From the IMG/VR virus record IMGVR_UViG_3300037311_000024, positions 1-52,349 of that record: DNA of 52,349 nt, one strand, 5' to 3'. The position numbers and the translations under genes are program-made. Of the stretch, positions 1-8,894 are shown piece by piece. Numbering within the stretch: the first letter of the stretch is position 1; every line of letters starts with the position of its first letter. This DNA comes from a virus (lineage: Duplodnaviria; Heunggongvirae; Uroviricota; Caudoviricetes). The notes beneath the pieces were generated by a model, which did no database searches, had not been told where the DNA came from, and saw nothing but the letters and a program-made list of their open reading frames with translations.

Positions 1-157
1 CGTCTTCCTTTCGAGCCTCATCAGCAGTCTTCCTAGCAGAGCTTGCGAGCAGCGAGAAGAGTACGTCCTTGAATATCCAAAGAGCGATCAGGGGGATCAG
101 AAGGAAGAACAAGATCTTGTTGTTGTTGTTCCAGAGGTTCTTAATCTTCTCGTCCAT
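1..157 (-). CDS. Membrane-anchored protein, possible i-spanin (Rz-like); runs off the left edge
   Basis: Manual translation gives MDEKIKNLWNNNNKILFFLLIPLIALWIFKDVLFSLLASSARKTADEARKED...; there is one N-terminal TM helix then a charged helical segment. AAGGAG RBS lies 6 nt upstream of the ATG at 157. Not in the ORF track. Confidence 0.55.
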   Translation of the reverse strand, partial: MDEKIKNLWNNNNKILFFLLIPLIALWIFKDVLFSLLASSARKTADEARKED

Positions 158-227
158 GTTCATCTCCTTTGATGATCCACCAGGTTATTCCGAGGGCCAA
201 AAGTAATAGTAGGCCTAGGGCTTCCAT
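141..227 (-). CDS. 28-aa single-TM micro-protein
   Basis: Manual translation MEALGLLLLLALGITWWIIKGDEHGRED*. The ATG overlaps the TGA of 227..550 (TGATG coupling) and the ORF fills the gap exactly. Confidence 0.55.
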   Translation of the reverse strand: MEALGLLLLLALGITWWIIKGDEHGRED

Positions 228-550
228 CACTTAGGCTCCGTGGGAGCGTCTACCGAAGCTCCGTCGATGCTGATCTTCTTACCGTCACCTTGAAACTTTC
301 GCCCCAGGTACCCACCCAGGCTCACGCCGAGCAGCCATAGTGCGTTGTTGTAGTCTACATCTCCGACTACTTTGGTCACCTTACCAGCAAGCAAGATCAC
401 GCACACACCGAAGGACACGACCGTCATGGTGGCGGTGATGGAGCCTTTACCTGACTTCGGGTCTCGGATGGTAGGAACAGGGATACCGTCAGCGTTACCG
501 GACGCTACAGCTTTCTTAAGGGACTCTACGATCTTGTTTGCGATGCTCAA
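227..550 (-). CDS. Holin-like membrane protein (2 TM helices)
   Basis: 107 aa with two hydrophobic segments (ITATMTVVSFGVCVILLAG; NALWLLGVSLGGYLG) and a charged C-terminus. It lies beside other small membrane genes. Confidence 0.55.
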   Translation of the reverse strand: MSIANKIVESLKKAVASGNADGIPVPTIRDPKSGKGSITATMTVVSFGVCVILLAGKVTKVVGDVDYNNALWLLGVSLGGYLGRKFQGDGKKISIDGASVDAPTEPK

Positions 551-891
551 GGGGACTCCTTCTTGCGGAAGAGGTTTTCAACGTCTATGTAAGCATAGCC
601 CGGTTCGCCCGTCTGTGTCAAGCCCGGACCGATGTCTAAGCTTAGCCACGCGACCGATCTTTTAGCTTGTTCTTTGCTGAAGCACTTTCCAGTCTTAACA
701 GCCCAGTCGATCGCGATGTCTACCAACTTTTCGTTGTCCTTCATAGTAACCTTGACAGCGGATACGTTGATGTATTGTCCTTCCGGGATACCACCAACCT
801 TCTTTGCGGCCATCATGTGAACTCTGGTGTAGGGGTCGTATTTCTTGCTGTGCTTCTTGAGAGCTTCCCAGCTGATCTTGAACCTCTTCAT
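547..891 (-). CDS. Hypothetical protein (114 aa)
   Basis: The start is more likely the ATG at 891 (GAGGTAGGC upstream, just after the stop of the CYTH gene) than 993. It overlaps the next gene by 4 nt. Confidence 0.7.
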   Translation of the reverse strand: MKRFKISWEALKKHSKKYDPYTRVHMMAAKKVGGIPEGQYINVSAVKVTMKDNEKLVDIAIDWAVKTGKCFSKEQAKRSVAWLSLDIGPGLTQTGEPGYAYIDVENLFRKKESP

Positions 892-893
892 GC

Positions 894-1520
894 CTACCTC
901 CGATACATCTCCCATAAGGATCTGCGCATGCGCTTCTGCGGCGTTATCCCGAGCGGAGACAAGATCTTCTCGTACTTCTCGATGATACCCCACGCCTCTG
1001 CCTCGGTCAATCCTTCTTTACTGATCTTCTCTTCTGAGACTTCGATCTCTACGAAGTGATCTACTCGGTTGGAGGTCTCACCTCCGGTGATGTCGTATAC
1101 CGTGTAGTACACCAGGGTCGCATCTTCAAACTTGTAGATGTGGCAGTTCTTCGTGATCACGAAGTTAGGCTTGAAGCCCATCAGCTCTACACCGCGTTTG
1201 ATGTCTTCCTCAGGAGTCTTATCCACTCGCCAGTTGATCTCTAACCTCTGAATGCTGTTCTTGGCACCCTTAGGCTTAAACTTAACAGTCCACTCGGCTC
1301 GCCCGCCGTCCAGCCCAAACGAAGGCCTACGGTACCTACCGAAGGATGAGTCGTCGAAGTCTGGATGCGAGTAGTAGCAGTCAGGGCCTTCTACGTACAG
1401 GAAAGCTTGGATGTCCGAGAGCTGTTCTACCAGCTTCTTGAACATAGGCTGTACGTTCTGCTCGACCCTGTACTTGCACTCGAACTCGGTGTTCTGGTCA
1501 AGTTTAGGACTCGTTTGCAT
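894..1520 (-). CDS. CYTH / triphosphate-tunnel metalloenzyme superfamily protein
   Basis: N-terminal ExExK motif (EFECKY), central basic strand (WTVKFK) and late FVEIEV motif. GAGG RBS lies 7 nt before the ATG at 1520. Confidence 0.8.
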   Translation of the reverse strand: MQTSPKLDQNTEFECKYRVEQNVQPMFKKLVEQLSDIQAFLYVEGPDCYYSHPDFDDSSFGRYRRPSFGLDGGRAEWTVKFKPKGAKNSIQRLEINWRVDKTPEEDIKRGVELMGFKPNFVITKNCHIYKFEDATLVYYTVYDITGGETSNRVDHFVEIEVSEEKISKEGLTEAEAWGIIEKYEKILSPLGITPQKRMRRSLWEMYRR

Positions 1521-2265
1521 CTTCACGCCTCACGTACCGGAACTTGGACTCCGGTTTATCCTCGCTAGGTGTTCCTAGGTCTAGCTTCTTAAGCAGCGAC
1601 TCAAGCTCCTTCAAGCTTCCAGAGTTGTCGATCACAGACTCGGTGAGCAAGGATCGAATCTTCTGCGTCTCAAGCTCAGATGGGTGAGTGGCTTCGGCAA
1701 GCTTCTCGTCAGCTTCAGGACGGCTGACGTAGTAGGCTTTGTATGCTGAACCGAACTTTGAGCTTAGAAACTCGTGCTCGTTCAGGAAACGAACGTCGGT
1801 TACGCAGTAGGTTCCGCTCTTCTTAAGCTTCTTCGTCGCTTCAGGCGAGAAGGCAGCTTCCATGTGAAAGTTCTTGTAGAGACGGTCTCGGATGAGATCG
1901 GTACCGATGACCTGCATGAGTTCTCGAGGAGTCTTGAACACGCGACCTTCCAAGCCGACTACAGAAAGCGCGGCTGGGTTATACTTGATGTACCCGTCTT
2001 CGGTTACCGGATCTACGTACTGCTCACACAGGTCGCGAATAGCGCGGATGTGTTTGAGGTTGAGCGTGATGGGTTCCTTCAGCTCCTTCTCCTTCAAGAT
2101 TGGGTCGTTGAGAAGGTTGACGTGAAGCCCGAACACCTGCTCGCAGATCTTCTTAAGGGGTCCAGCGAAGCTGATCTTACCGTCTACACGCTTAAGCTCC
2201 TGAAGAAGCTCGAAGCTTGTGTCTTTGCCGCTGCCTTTGGGTCCGATGAGTCCGATAATTCGCAT
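1504..2265 (-). CDS. Deoxynucleoside monophosphate kinase (T4 gp1-like)
   Basis: IIGLIGPKGSGKDT P-loop plus SFAGPLK, PRELMQVIGTD and VTDVRFLNE, all characteristic of phage dNMP kinases. Confidence 0.9.
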   Translation of the reverse strand: MRIIGLIGPKGSGKDTSFELLQELKRVDGKISFAGPLKKICEQVFGLHVNLLNDPILKEKELKEPITLNLKHIRAIRDLCEQYVDPVTEDGYIKYNPAALSVVGLEGRVFKTPRELMQVIGTDLIRDRLYKNFHMEAAFSPEATKKLKKSGTYCVTDVRFLNEHEFLSSKFGSAYKAYYVSRPEADEKLAEATHPSELETQKIRSLLTESVIDNSGSLKELESLLKKLDLGTPSEDKPESKFRYVRREDANES

Positions 2266-2276
2266 GAAAGTTCTCC

Positions 2277-2489
2277 TTAGATGTCGCGACGGATTAAGTT
2301 GTTCTCTGCAACAATGATACCAAAGTCTTTCTTAAGAGCTTGAAAAGTCTTAAGAAGAGTAAAACTATGTTCAGTATCTGGGATGATCAAGACACGTTTA
2401 TTGTCGATATCATCCTCGTAAACTCCGACGCATCCAGCGTATCGGCCTTTTACGATCGTAACCTTGTCACCGTAGTTAAGTTGTTTCAT
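2277..2489 (-). CDS. Small KOW/SH3-like protein
   Basis: GDKVTIVKGRYAGCVG resembles a KOW motif. Strong AAGGAG RBS and its own promoter. Confidence 0.6.
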   Translation of the reverse strand: MKQLNYGDKVTIVKGRYAGCVGVYEDDIDNKRVLIIPDTEHSFTLLKTFQALKKDFGIIVAENNLIRRDI

Positions 2490-2509
2490 AAGATCATCTC
2501 CTTAAGATG

Positions 2510-2538
2510 ACCTTATCAAATCCTTGTACCTAGGTCAA
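2510..2538 (-). promoter_or_regulatory. Sigma70-type promoter TTGACC-N17-TAAGGT
   Basis: Read directly in the intergenic gap: -35 at 2533-2538, -10 at 2510-2515, followed by an AAGGAG RBS. Confidence 0.7.
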
Positions 2539-2546
2539 GAACTTTC

Positions 2547-3836
2547 TTACAGCTTAGCTTTGAAAGGTTTGATGATGAGATCGAGCTTCTCGTTGGTGTC
2601 CGCGTCCCGAAGTCGGATTAAACGGATGTCACCTACTGCGTGGCCCTTAACGACCTCAAACAAGGTCTGGGTAGCGTTCTTAGAGAAGATGCCCAAAGAC
2701 TGGGCGTAGGCATCAAGACCTGACATGGTCCCGTTGATAAGCAGCATGGTGCCGCCTTCAGTCTCCTGAACCGTAGGGACGTGTACGTGCCCCACCACGA
2801 TCGCAGCGAAGTTCTCGTCCCCGCGTATCAGCTGAGAGTTGACCTTGTTGATCTGCTCGTTGATGGACTTCATGTTCAGGTTCTTACCTGGGTTACCGAC
2901 GTTGATCACGGTGTCTCCGTGAGTCACGAGGAACTTATGTCCCTGGATGTCCACGATGGCGTACGGTGCTTCAGGAATCACGAACTCCACGTTCTTAAAC
3001 TTACCCTTCATGATCTCGCGAAGTGCTACGTAGATCATGTTCTCGTAAGAGTCCCACTTGTGAGTCATGGCTCGGTCCTTAGCGGACTTGTGCATGGCCC
3101 TACCGTGGTTACCTGGAGTACACACTACTCGAACCTTCCCGAAGCTCTGAGCGGCGTAGCTGATGGCTTGGACGAAGATGTTGATGGCCCCGGCGAACTG
3201 CGTGGTGAGTAGGTCAACTGCCCACTCTTGGTCATGGATCACTCCAGCGATGATGTCGCCGTTGATCAGCATGACGAGTTCTGTCTGGTCGCGGTATTGA
3301 GGCTTGTAGGTTACGACCTGATCCATCAGGAGCGCGGTTCGGCGAGCAGCGATGGTCCAGCTGTACTCGTTGATGTTGTTCAGCTCCTCACGGTCGATGT
3401 TGCAGCCGAAGTGAGTGTCTGAGAAGTGAACGACTAGGGATCTTTGAATCTTGGTAGCGGTCTTCTTCTGAGGCTTAACCGGAGCATGAATCGATACGGG
3501 GTTCTTCTCCATGACCTCTCGAAGCACGTTCAGGAACTCGTCTTTCAGGAAAATCTCACGACCGTACTGAGACTCAAGCTTGTTACGATATCCTCGCACT
3601 AGCTTAGAAGCGGAGTCCAGGATGATGTTCTTCTCTGGAGGGAAGTAGATGTCCATCAGCTTCTTAAAGCCGCCGATCTTTCGCATCTCCCACTCGGAGA
3701 GCGTCGACTTGATCTGAGCTGTAAAGTAGTCAGCCTTACTGACCTCTTTCGGCTCGACGCCAAGCTCGTTCGCTACGTCGCACACAGATTTGTAGAACTT
3801 ATCACCGATAGAGTCTGGCTTCTTACGCTTCTTCAT
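2547..3836 (-). CDS. Calcineurin-like metallophosphoesterase with N-terminal extension
   Basis: Motifs DxH (SDTHFG), GD (NGDII), GNH (PGNHGR), H (THGD) and GHxH (GHVH), in the canonical order. Confidence 0.88.
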   Translation of the reverse strand: MKKRKKPDSIGDKFYKSVCDVANELGVEPKEVSKADYFTAQIKSTLSEWEMRKIGGFKKLMDIYFPPEKNIILDSASKLVRGYRNKLESQYGREIFLKDEFLNVLREVMEKNPVSIHAPVKPQKKTATKIQRSLVVHFSDTHFGCNIDREELNNINEYSWTIAARRTALLMDQVVTYKPQYRDQTELVMLINGDIIAGVIHDQEWAVDLLTTQFAGAINIFVQAISYAAQSFGKVRVVCTPGNHGRAMHKSAKDRAMTHKWDSYENMIYVALREIMKGKFKNVEFVIPEAPYAIVDIQGHKFLVTHGDTVINVGNPGKNLNMKSINEQINKVNSQLIRGDENFAAIVVGHVHVPTVQETEGGTMLLINGTMSGLDAYAQSLGIFSKNATQTLFEVVKGHAVGDIRLIRLRDADTNEKLDLIIKPFKAKL

Positions 3837-3844
3837 GCAATATC

Positions 3845-3874
3845 ATCCTAACACTTTCTGATTGGCTGTTGCAA
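3845..3874 (-). promoter_or_regulatory. Sigma70-type promoter TTGCAA-N18-TAGGAT with TGn extension
   Basis: -35 at 3869-3874 and -10 at 3845-3850, in the gap between polA and the phosphoesterase gene. Confidence 0.5.
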
Positions 3875-3880
3875 GTGAAA

Positions 3881-6277
3881 TCACTTAGCTTCAGCGAAGT
3901 TATCGCTGATGACCGGTTCCGCCAAGATGGGGATGTCGATCTGCTCAGTGATGGGGTTGTTCTCCATAGCGTCTTGCAAGAGTTGTGCCGCCTTCTCGGC
4001 GTGATCCTCTCGCACGATACAGGTGATCTCGTCGTGAACCTGTAAAGCGATGTAACCGTCGATCTCAAATTCATCAAAGAGATCAGCGAGTTTAATCATA
4101 GCGGCGTTCGCCACGTGTCCGGCAGTGCCTTGAATGGGGTGGTTAGTTGACAAGTTTAGGTAACCTCTGTACTCGTAGTACGTCTTGGTACCAAACTCCT
4201 CACCGTAACGCTCCACCATCTTCTTCTTGCTCTTAAGCAGGGTGCCAAACTTTCGGTAGATCTCTCTCGCCTTCGGTAGTCGTCGGACCCGACCGAACGG
4301 AGTTTCGACCTTGCCACGAGTCGTGGCTCGAACGTGCTGGGTCGTGATGTAGTTCTTGAGTCCAGGGTAGGCGTTGAGATACTTGTCGATGATCTGCTGA
4401 GCTTCCATGTAGTCGACCTTCATGAGGCCAGCGATCCTACCCGCACCTGCGCCGTAAGCGACGGCGAGAGCGAACGTCTTAACCTTCTGTCGATACTCAG
4501 GCATGACCTTCTTCAGGTAGTTAGGAGCAGACTCGTCAGCGGATACGCCTTCTAGCCCGAACACGTCGATCGCGATCTGCGAGTACAGGTCAAGCTTCTT
4601 TCTCCAGATGTCCTTCAAGCCTTCGTCTCCAGAAACCCAGCTGAAGATCCTAGGCTCAAGAGCTGAGAAGTCGGCGTTTACGACCTTGTATCCAGGAGGA
4701 GCGATGAAGCCCTTCTTGATCCGCTTGTCGTCGCGAGGAAGAGTTTGCAAGTTCAAACCACCAGCGCAGGAGTAGCGTCCAGAAGTAGTTCCGAACTGGA
4801 GCATGCCTGGATAGAGCCAACCGTCGACGTGCTTCTCTAGAATTGGACGTACGTAGGTTGACAACAGCTTCTCGGTCTTCTTAAGCTCAAGCAGCTTCTT
4901 GATGAAAGGTAGGTCGTCGTAGGTTTCAAGTGAGTTCTTGTCGACCGTAGGTTTGCCGGTCTCCTTGGAGTGTGAACGCGGCTCGACGCCGTAGCACTCA
5001 AAGAGTAGCCATGACAGGTCTTCGTTAGATGACAAGTTAAAAACGTGAGGGAGGTCGGGATCTTTCTCTACAAAGATCTCCCGCTTCACGGCATAGCGAA
5101 CCTGGTCCGGGATCGTCGGTGCGCCTTCAGGTAATGGTAACGGCACCTTGCGTTGCTTGGTGACCGTTATCTTAGTTCCGTCCGGCTGCTCAACCTCTTC
5201 TGTGTAAGTCTCTACGTCGAACGGAGGGTCGTAGAGTAACCACAGAATGGCAGGGTGCTCAGGAAAGGCTTCGAGAAGAGGTCGCAGCTCACTTTTAGCC
5301 AGTGTGGGCTTTCCCGTCCGTTTATTTGTAGGAATCGGGATCGAATAATGCTGCAACAACCGCTCGGCATATTTGCCTGTCCTGGTCTCCTTCACGGCTT
5401 CGTCGAGAAGTTGCCGAACGTAAGGTTCAGCTTTCTCTTCGATGACCGAGAAGATCTCACCAGTCAGCTTCAGTATATCATCTTGGAGTTCCTTTTCCAA
5501 CTTGCGGAAGTATTCTACGTCGACGAATATCCCACCTAAACGCATGGGTATGGTAGCCTTCTTGTAGAGAGGCATGACCTCTTCGTCGTAGAAGAACTCT
5601 TCTAAACCTTCTTCGGACAGTTTAGGGTGTAAGTAGTTGAAAAGCTTGAGAGTTAGGTCGGTATCGGCACACGCGTAGGTCCCTATGATCTGAGGGTCCC
5701 CCATGTAGATGTCTTTGTTCTCTTTGTTCCACTTCCCACCGCGAGCTATGACCGACTCCTTCAGTAGCTGCTGTTCTTGGTTAGCTGCTTCCTCTGCGGT
5801 GAAGCCGATGTACTCCTTGTACTTCTCTGCGATCTCTTTGAGACCGAAAGGGCGCTCCTCGTCTAGCGTATGCTTGAGCACCGTGGTATCGGCTACCAGA
5901 GCTTCTGTCAGGTTTACCTTGTACCGATGATGGATGACCGCGATGTCGAACACTCCGTTGTGCATGACGAGGTTCTTCTTAAGAAGGATGTCGCAGAGCC
6001 ACTGCATCAGGTCCTTCTCTTCCTGCTCGGGAAGTAGGGCTACTAGCTTCTTGTTAACCTCGTCCCACTCTCTCAGAACGATGTACGCGCCTTGGTTCTC
6101 TTCCCAGGAGAACGACACACCGATGACGTTACAACGCACCTCGACGAGACCATCCGTCTCGATGTCGAAAGATACTAGGTCGTCTGCAGCTTCAAGCTCG
6201 TTAAGAAGAGCGATCGTTGCGTCGACGTTGGTTGTACGCACCACTCGGTACTGTTTGCCGTTCATCATCCCTCGCAT
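3881..6277 (-). CDS. polA: Family A DNA polymerase with 3'-5' exonuclease (no 5'-3' exonuclease domain)
   Basis: ExoI FDIETDG, ExoII HNGVFD, ExoIII YACAD, motif A ADFSALEPR, motif B RQKVKTFALAVAYG and motif C QVHDEI. The start could be 6277, 6268 or 6265. Confidence 0.96.
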   Translation of the reverse strand: MRGMMNGKQYRVVRTTNVDATIALLNELEAADDLVSFDIETDGLVEVRCNVIGVSFSWEENQGAYIVLREWDEVNKKLVALLPEQEEKDLMQWLCDILLKKNLVMHNGVFDIAVIHHRYKVNLTEALVADTTVLKHTLDEERPFGLKEIAEKYKEYIGFTAEEAANQEQQLLKESVIARGGKWNKENKDIYMGDPQIIGTYACADTDLTLKLFNYLHPKLSEEGLEEFFYDEEVMPLYKKATIPMRLGGIFVDVEYFRKLEKELQDDILKLTGEIFSVIEEKAEPYVRQLLDEAVKETRTGKYAERLLQHYSIPIPTNKRTGKPTLAKSELRPLLEAFPEHPAILWLLYDPPFDVETYTEEVEQPDGTKITVTKQRKVPLPLPEGAPTIPDQVRYAVKREIFVEKDPDLPHVFNLSSNEDLSWLLFECYGVEPRSHSKETGKPTVDKNSLETYDDLPFIKKLLELKKTEKLLSTYVRPILEKHVDGWLYPGMLQFGTTSGRYSCAGGLNLQTLPRDDKRIKKGFIAPPGYKVVNADFSALEPRIFSWVSGDEGLKDIWRKKLDLYSQIAIDVFGLEGVSADESAPNYLKKVMPEYRQKVKTFALAVAYGAGAGRIAGLMKVDYMEAQQIIDKYLNAYPGLKNYITTQHVRATTRGKVETPFGRVRRLPKAREIYRKFGTLLKSKKKMVERYGEEFGTKTYYEYRGYLNLSTNHPIQGTAGHVANAAMIKLADLFDEFEIDGYIALQVHDEITCIVREDHAEKAAQLLQDAMENNPITEQIDIPILAEPVISDNFAEAK

Positions 6278-8468
6278 CTTGTTCCTGCTGTTGAGCTAAC
6301 CGCTTAACCTCAGAACTCAAGGTTTCATCTTTCAAAACTTCTTTGACTCGGTCGACCGTGGACTTCTCCTTGCTCTTAAAGATCCTAGGAGCACGATTCT
6401 CCTTAGGAGGCATAGAGCCAAACTTACCAGCACTGCGTCCGCGATCAGCTACCGGAACATCATCCTCTTTGTTAGGCTCGTCGAACCAGTTAAACTTCGG
6501 CCTGTCGAGACCAGCTTGCTCCATGGCTACGCAGTAGTCTTCAAACTCGTCTTGTCTAAGCTCGTACACGGTACCAGTCTTACCTTCCCATCCGAACACG
6601 TTCTCGCCTAGAGGACCGGAGCGGTTCTTTGCCACGTAGATGTGTATGTACTTATCTTCTCCGTCTACGCCGCTTCCTAGCGGTCTCCAGCACGTGAGCA
6701 CGCAGGTAGCGTTCTCTTCCCAAGCTCCGGAGTCCTTCGAAACCCGGCTAGACCTGAGAGGGTCCGTATGGTCACCGTTCTCTCGAGAGACCTGAGCTAA
6801 GAAGAGGAAGTGACAGTTCGTACGCTTGGCCACGTCGTTAGCCATCATAGCGTTCTGGGTAGAGGAGGCGTATTGGTTTTCGAACTCGCCCATCAACCGA
6901 CCAGCGTAGTCAACGATAGCTAGCTGAAGGTTGTCGTACACCTGCTTAAGACTCATCACGGTCTGCTCGATGTACTGAAGTGTGACCGCTGAGCTAAAGT
7001 CGAACAAGGTGAAAGGCATTCTATCCTTCACGGCCTTCATAACCTCAGCGATGATCACGGAGTTTCTAGTGTTCACGTTGAACGCAGCTTCGATCTGACG
7101 CTGAGAGTACTGAGTGTACTTAGCTCCTAGCTTCTCGAAGATCGAAGAGTCCGCCATGTCCATGGAGAAGAACACGTGAAAGATCTTCTGATCGTTCAGA
7201 GCCTCCATCGTCTGGATCATCAGAGACGTTTTACCTGACCCGTTTGCTCCAGCAAGGATGCTGAAGTTCTTAGGTCGAAGTCTGACTCGCTCGTCGAGCC
7301 AAGGTATGCCCATCTTGGGGTAGGAAAGCTTCGCCTCTTCGCCGTACTTGACGTACCTGTTAGCAAGCTGTTCGATCGAGATTACGTTTCGGATCTTGAC
7401 CTTAGCATCGTTATAGCAAGGACCGTTACCATGGTCACACTTGGACTGCAGCAAGGTGTCGGTCTTACATGAGTAGGTACCGCCCTTCCAATCCTTACCG
7501 TACACCTGGTCGATCTCTCGGTTAACCTCGGCCTCGTCGACCTGGTTAGCTTCTGGAAACAAGGATGAACGGTTATGAAGCGCCTGTTCGATCAGCTCAC
7601 CTGCATACTCACGAGAGTAGCTTTGACCCTTGTAGTACGCCGCAAGCCTGAGTACAGCTTCGTGCCTCTGACCTGGAGTGATATCACCTTGCTCTAAGGC
7701 GTATACGCAGCGCCTATGACCTGGAGGGCATAAGCTGAAGTCTACGATAGGCTCTGAGAAGACTTGCTCAGTCTCGCCATCCACACCACCCTCGCTGAGT
7801 CGTAAGGGAGTCTTACGCTTAGGATGAGCGACGATGTTGGCGTACTTTTTCTTGAGCGCCTCTGCGTCTACAGGCTGGATGTCGAACTCTTCCTCACGAA
7901 GCTCCTTCGCCATGTCCTTGATCACTTCCAGCTTAAGGTCTTTTAACTCCTCTATGCTGATAGGAATCTTGTACAGCTTGGACTTCTGATGCCTGGTGTT
8001 GGGAATTCGGAAGATCCGCGTCACGTTGTAAACTGAGGTGTCGAAAACGTCCTGCGGGACCCCAGCTTCCATGGCCAAGTTATAACACACCGCTGAGACC
8101 TCGGTGGGCAAGAACCTAGACTTGGTGTGAAGAATGACGTGGAAGCCTTTAGACCCAGAGAAGAATATCTCTAAAGCCTTTGAGAAGCCCAACCCAGCAA
8201 GATGATCACAGAGTGCGATGGCGGCCTTACGAGCCTTTCCAGTGTCCGTCTCTGAGTCGAGATCGAACCACAGGATAGACGAGTAAGTCTCTCCGTTGTA
8301 CCCTTTGATGCTCTCTTCGTTGGCTTCCCAGTAGTCCTTGGCGTCCTCGCCGTAAACGTAGGCGGAGCGGTACCAGTCGACCTCGCGGTCGGTGATTACC
8401 TTGGACACATCCGAAGGACGTACCAGTACACCACGGTCGTTGACCGTTCGTGTTACCCGTACGTACAT
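6201..8468 (-). CDS. Primase-helicase fusion: AEP (PrimPol) + PriCT-like + DnaB/SF4 helicase
   Basis: AEP motifs WFDLDS, FSGSKGFH and RIFRIPNT; GQRHEAVLRLA (PriCT-1-like); a Cys cluster; helicase Walker A GANGSGKT, IVDY, AQVSR, DSGAWEENA and KNRSG. Confidence 0.92.
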   Translation of the reverse strand: MYVRVTRTVNDRGVLVRPSDVSKVITDREVDWYRSAYVYGEDAKDYWEANEESIKGYNGETYSSILWFDLDSETDTGKARKAAIALCDHLAGLGFSKALEIFFSGSKGFHVILHTKSRFLPTEVSAVCYNLAMEAGVPQDVFDTSVYNVTRIFRIPNTRHQKSKLYKIPISIEELKDLKLEVIKDMAKELREEEFDIQPVDAEALKKKYANIVAHPKRKTPLRLSEGGVDGETEQVFSEPIVDFSLCPPGHRRCVYALEQGDITPGQRHEAVLRLAAYYKGQSYSREYAGELIEQALHNRSSLFPEANQVDEAEVNREIDQVYGKDWKGGTYSCKTDTLLQSKCDHGNGPCYNDAKVKIRNVISIEQLANRYVKYGEEAKLSYPKMGIPWLDERVRLRPKNFSILAGANGSGKTSLMIQTMEALNDQKIFHVFFSMDMADSSIFEKLGAKYTQYSQRQIEAAFNVNTRNSVIIAEVMKAVKDRMPFTLFDFSSAVTLQYIEQTVMSLKQVYDNLQLAIVDYAGRLMGEFENQYASSTQNAMMANDVAKRTNCHFLFLAQVSRENGDHTDPLRSSRVSKDSGAWEENATCVLTCWRPLGSGVDGEDKYIHIYVAKNRSGPLGENVFGWEGKTGTVYELRQDEFEDYCVAMEQAGLDRPKFNWFDEPNKEDDVPVADRGRSAGKFGSMPPKENRAPRIFKSKEKSTVDRVKEVLKDETLSSEVKRLAQQQEQDARDDERQTVPSGAYNQRRRNDRSS

Positions 8469-8481
8469 GTGATACTCCGTA

Positions 8482-8889
8482 TTAGTCGTTTGCTTTCGAG
8501 ATCTTTCCTACGACGAACTCCTTGTCCTTGTCGCTGACTCGGAAGTCGACGAGAAGACGATCGCCCGTACGAAGCTCGACAGACTCAACACCTTTGGGAA
8601 GATACACGCTGCAGTTCAGCTTGATAGCCTCGTTACCGCGCATATCGTTAAGGATGGCGTCACGAGTGTCGTCGTCGACCGACTTAGCAACCGTCAGGGT
8701 GCCAAGCTTGGTGAAGGCGTAGTCCTTGTTACCACGAGACTGGCCTGGACGACTCTCACCACGATCAGAGTCACGAGAGTTGCGGGAAGAATACCCACCA
8801 CTGCTACGACGCTCCGAACCACCTTCCGAGCGGTTGCTTCCGCCACCACCACGGCTAAAACGCGAACTGTTACGCTTAAAGTTACTCAT
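8482..8889 (-). CDS. Hypothetical protein with R/G/S-rich disordered N-terminus, probable nucleic-acid binder
   Basis: The first ~55 aa are almost all R/S/G/N/E/D, followed by a beta-rich domain. It lies between the annealing protein and primase. Confidence 0.6.
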   Translation of the reverse strand: MSNFKRNSSRFSRGGGGSNRSEGGSERRSSGGYSSRNSRDSDRGESRPGQSRGNKDYAFTKLGTLTVAKSVDDDTRDAILNDMRGNEAIKLNCSVYLPKGVESVELRTGDRLLVDFRVSDKDKEFVVGKISKAND

Positions 8890-8894
8890 ACTAC

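Noticed and set aside
5044-5440. Intein or intron in the DNA polymerase
   Set aside because: The frame is uninterrupted, there is no Cys/Ser start or His-Asn end, and there is no LAGLIDADG or HNH motif.
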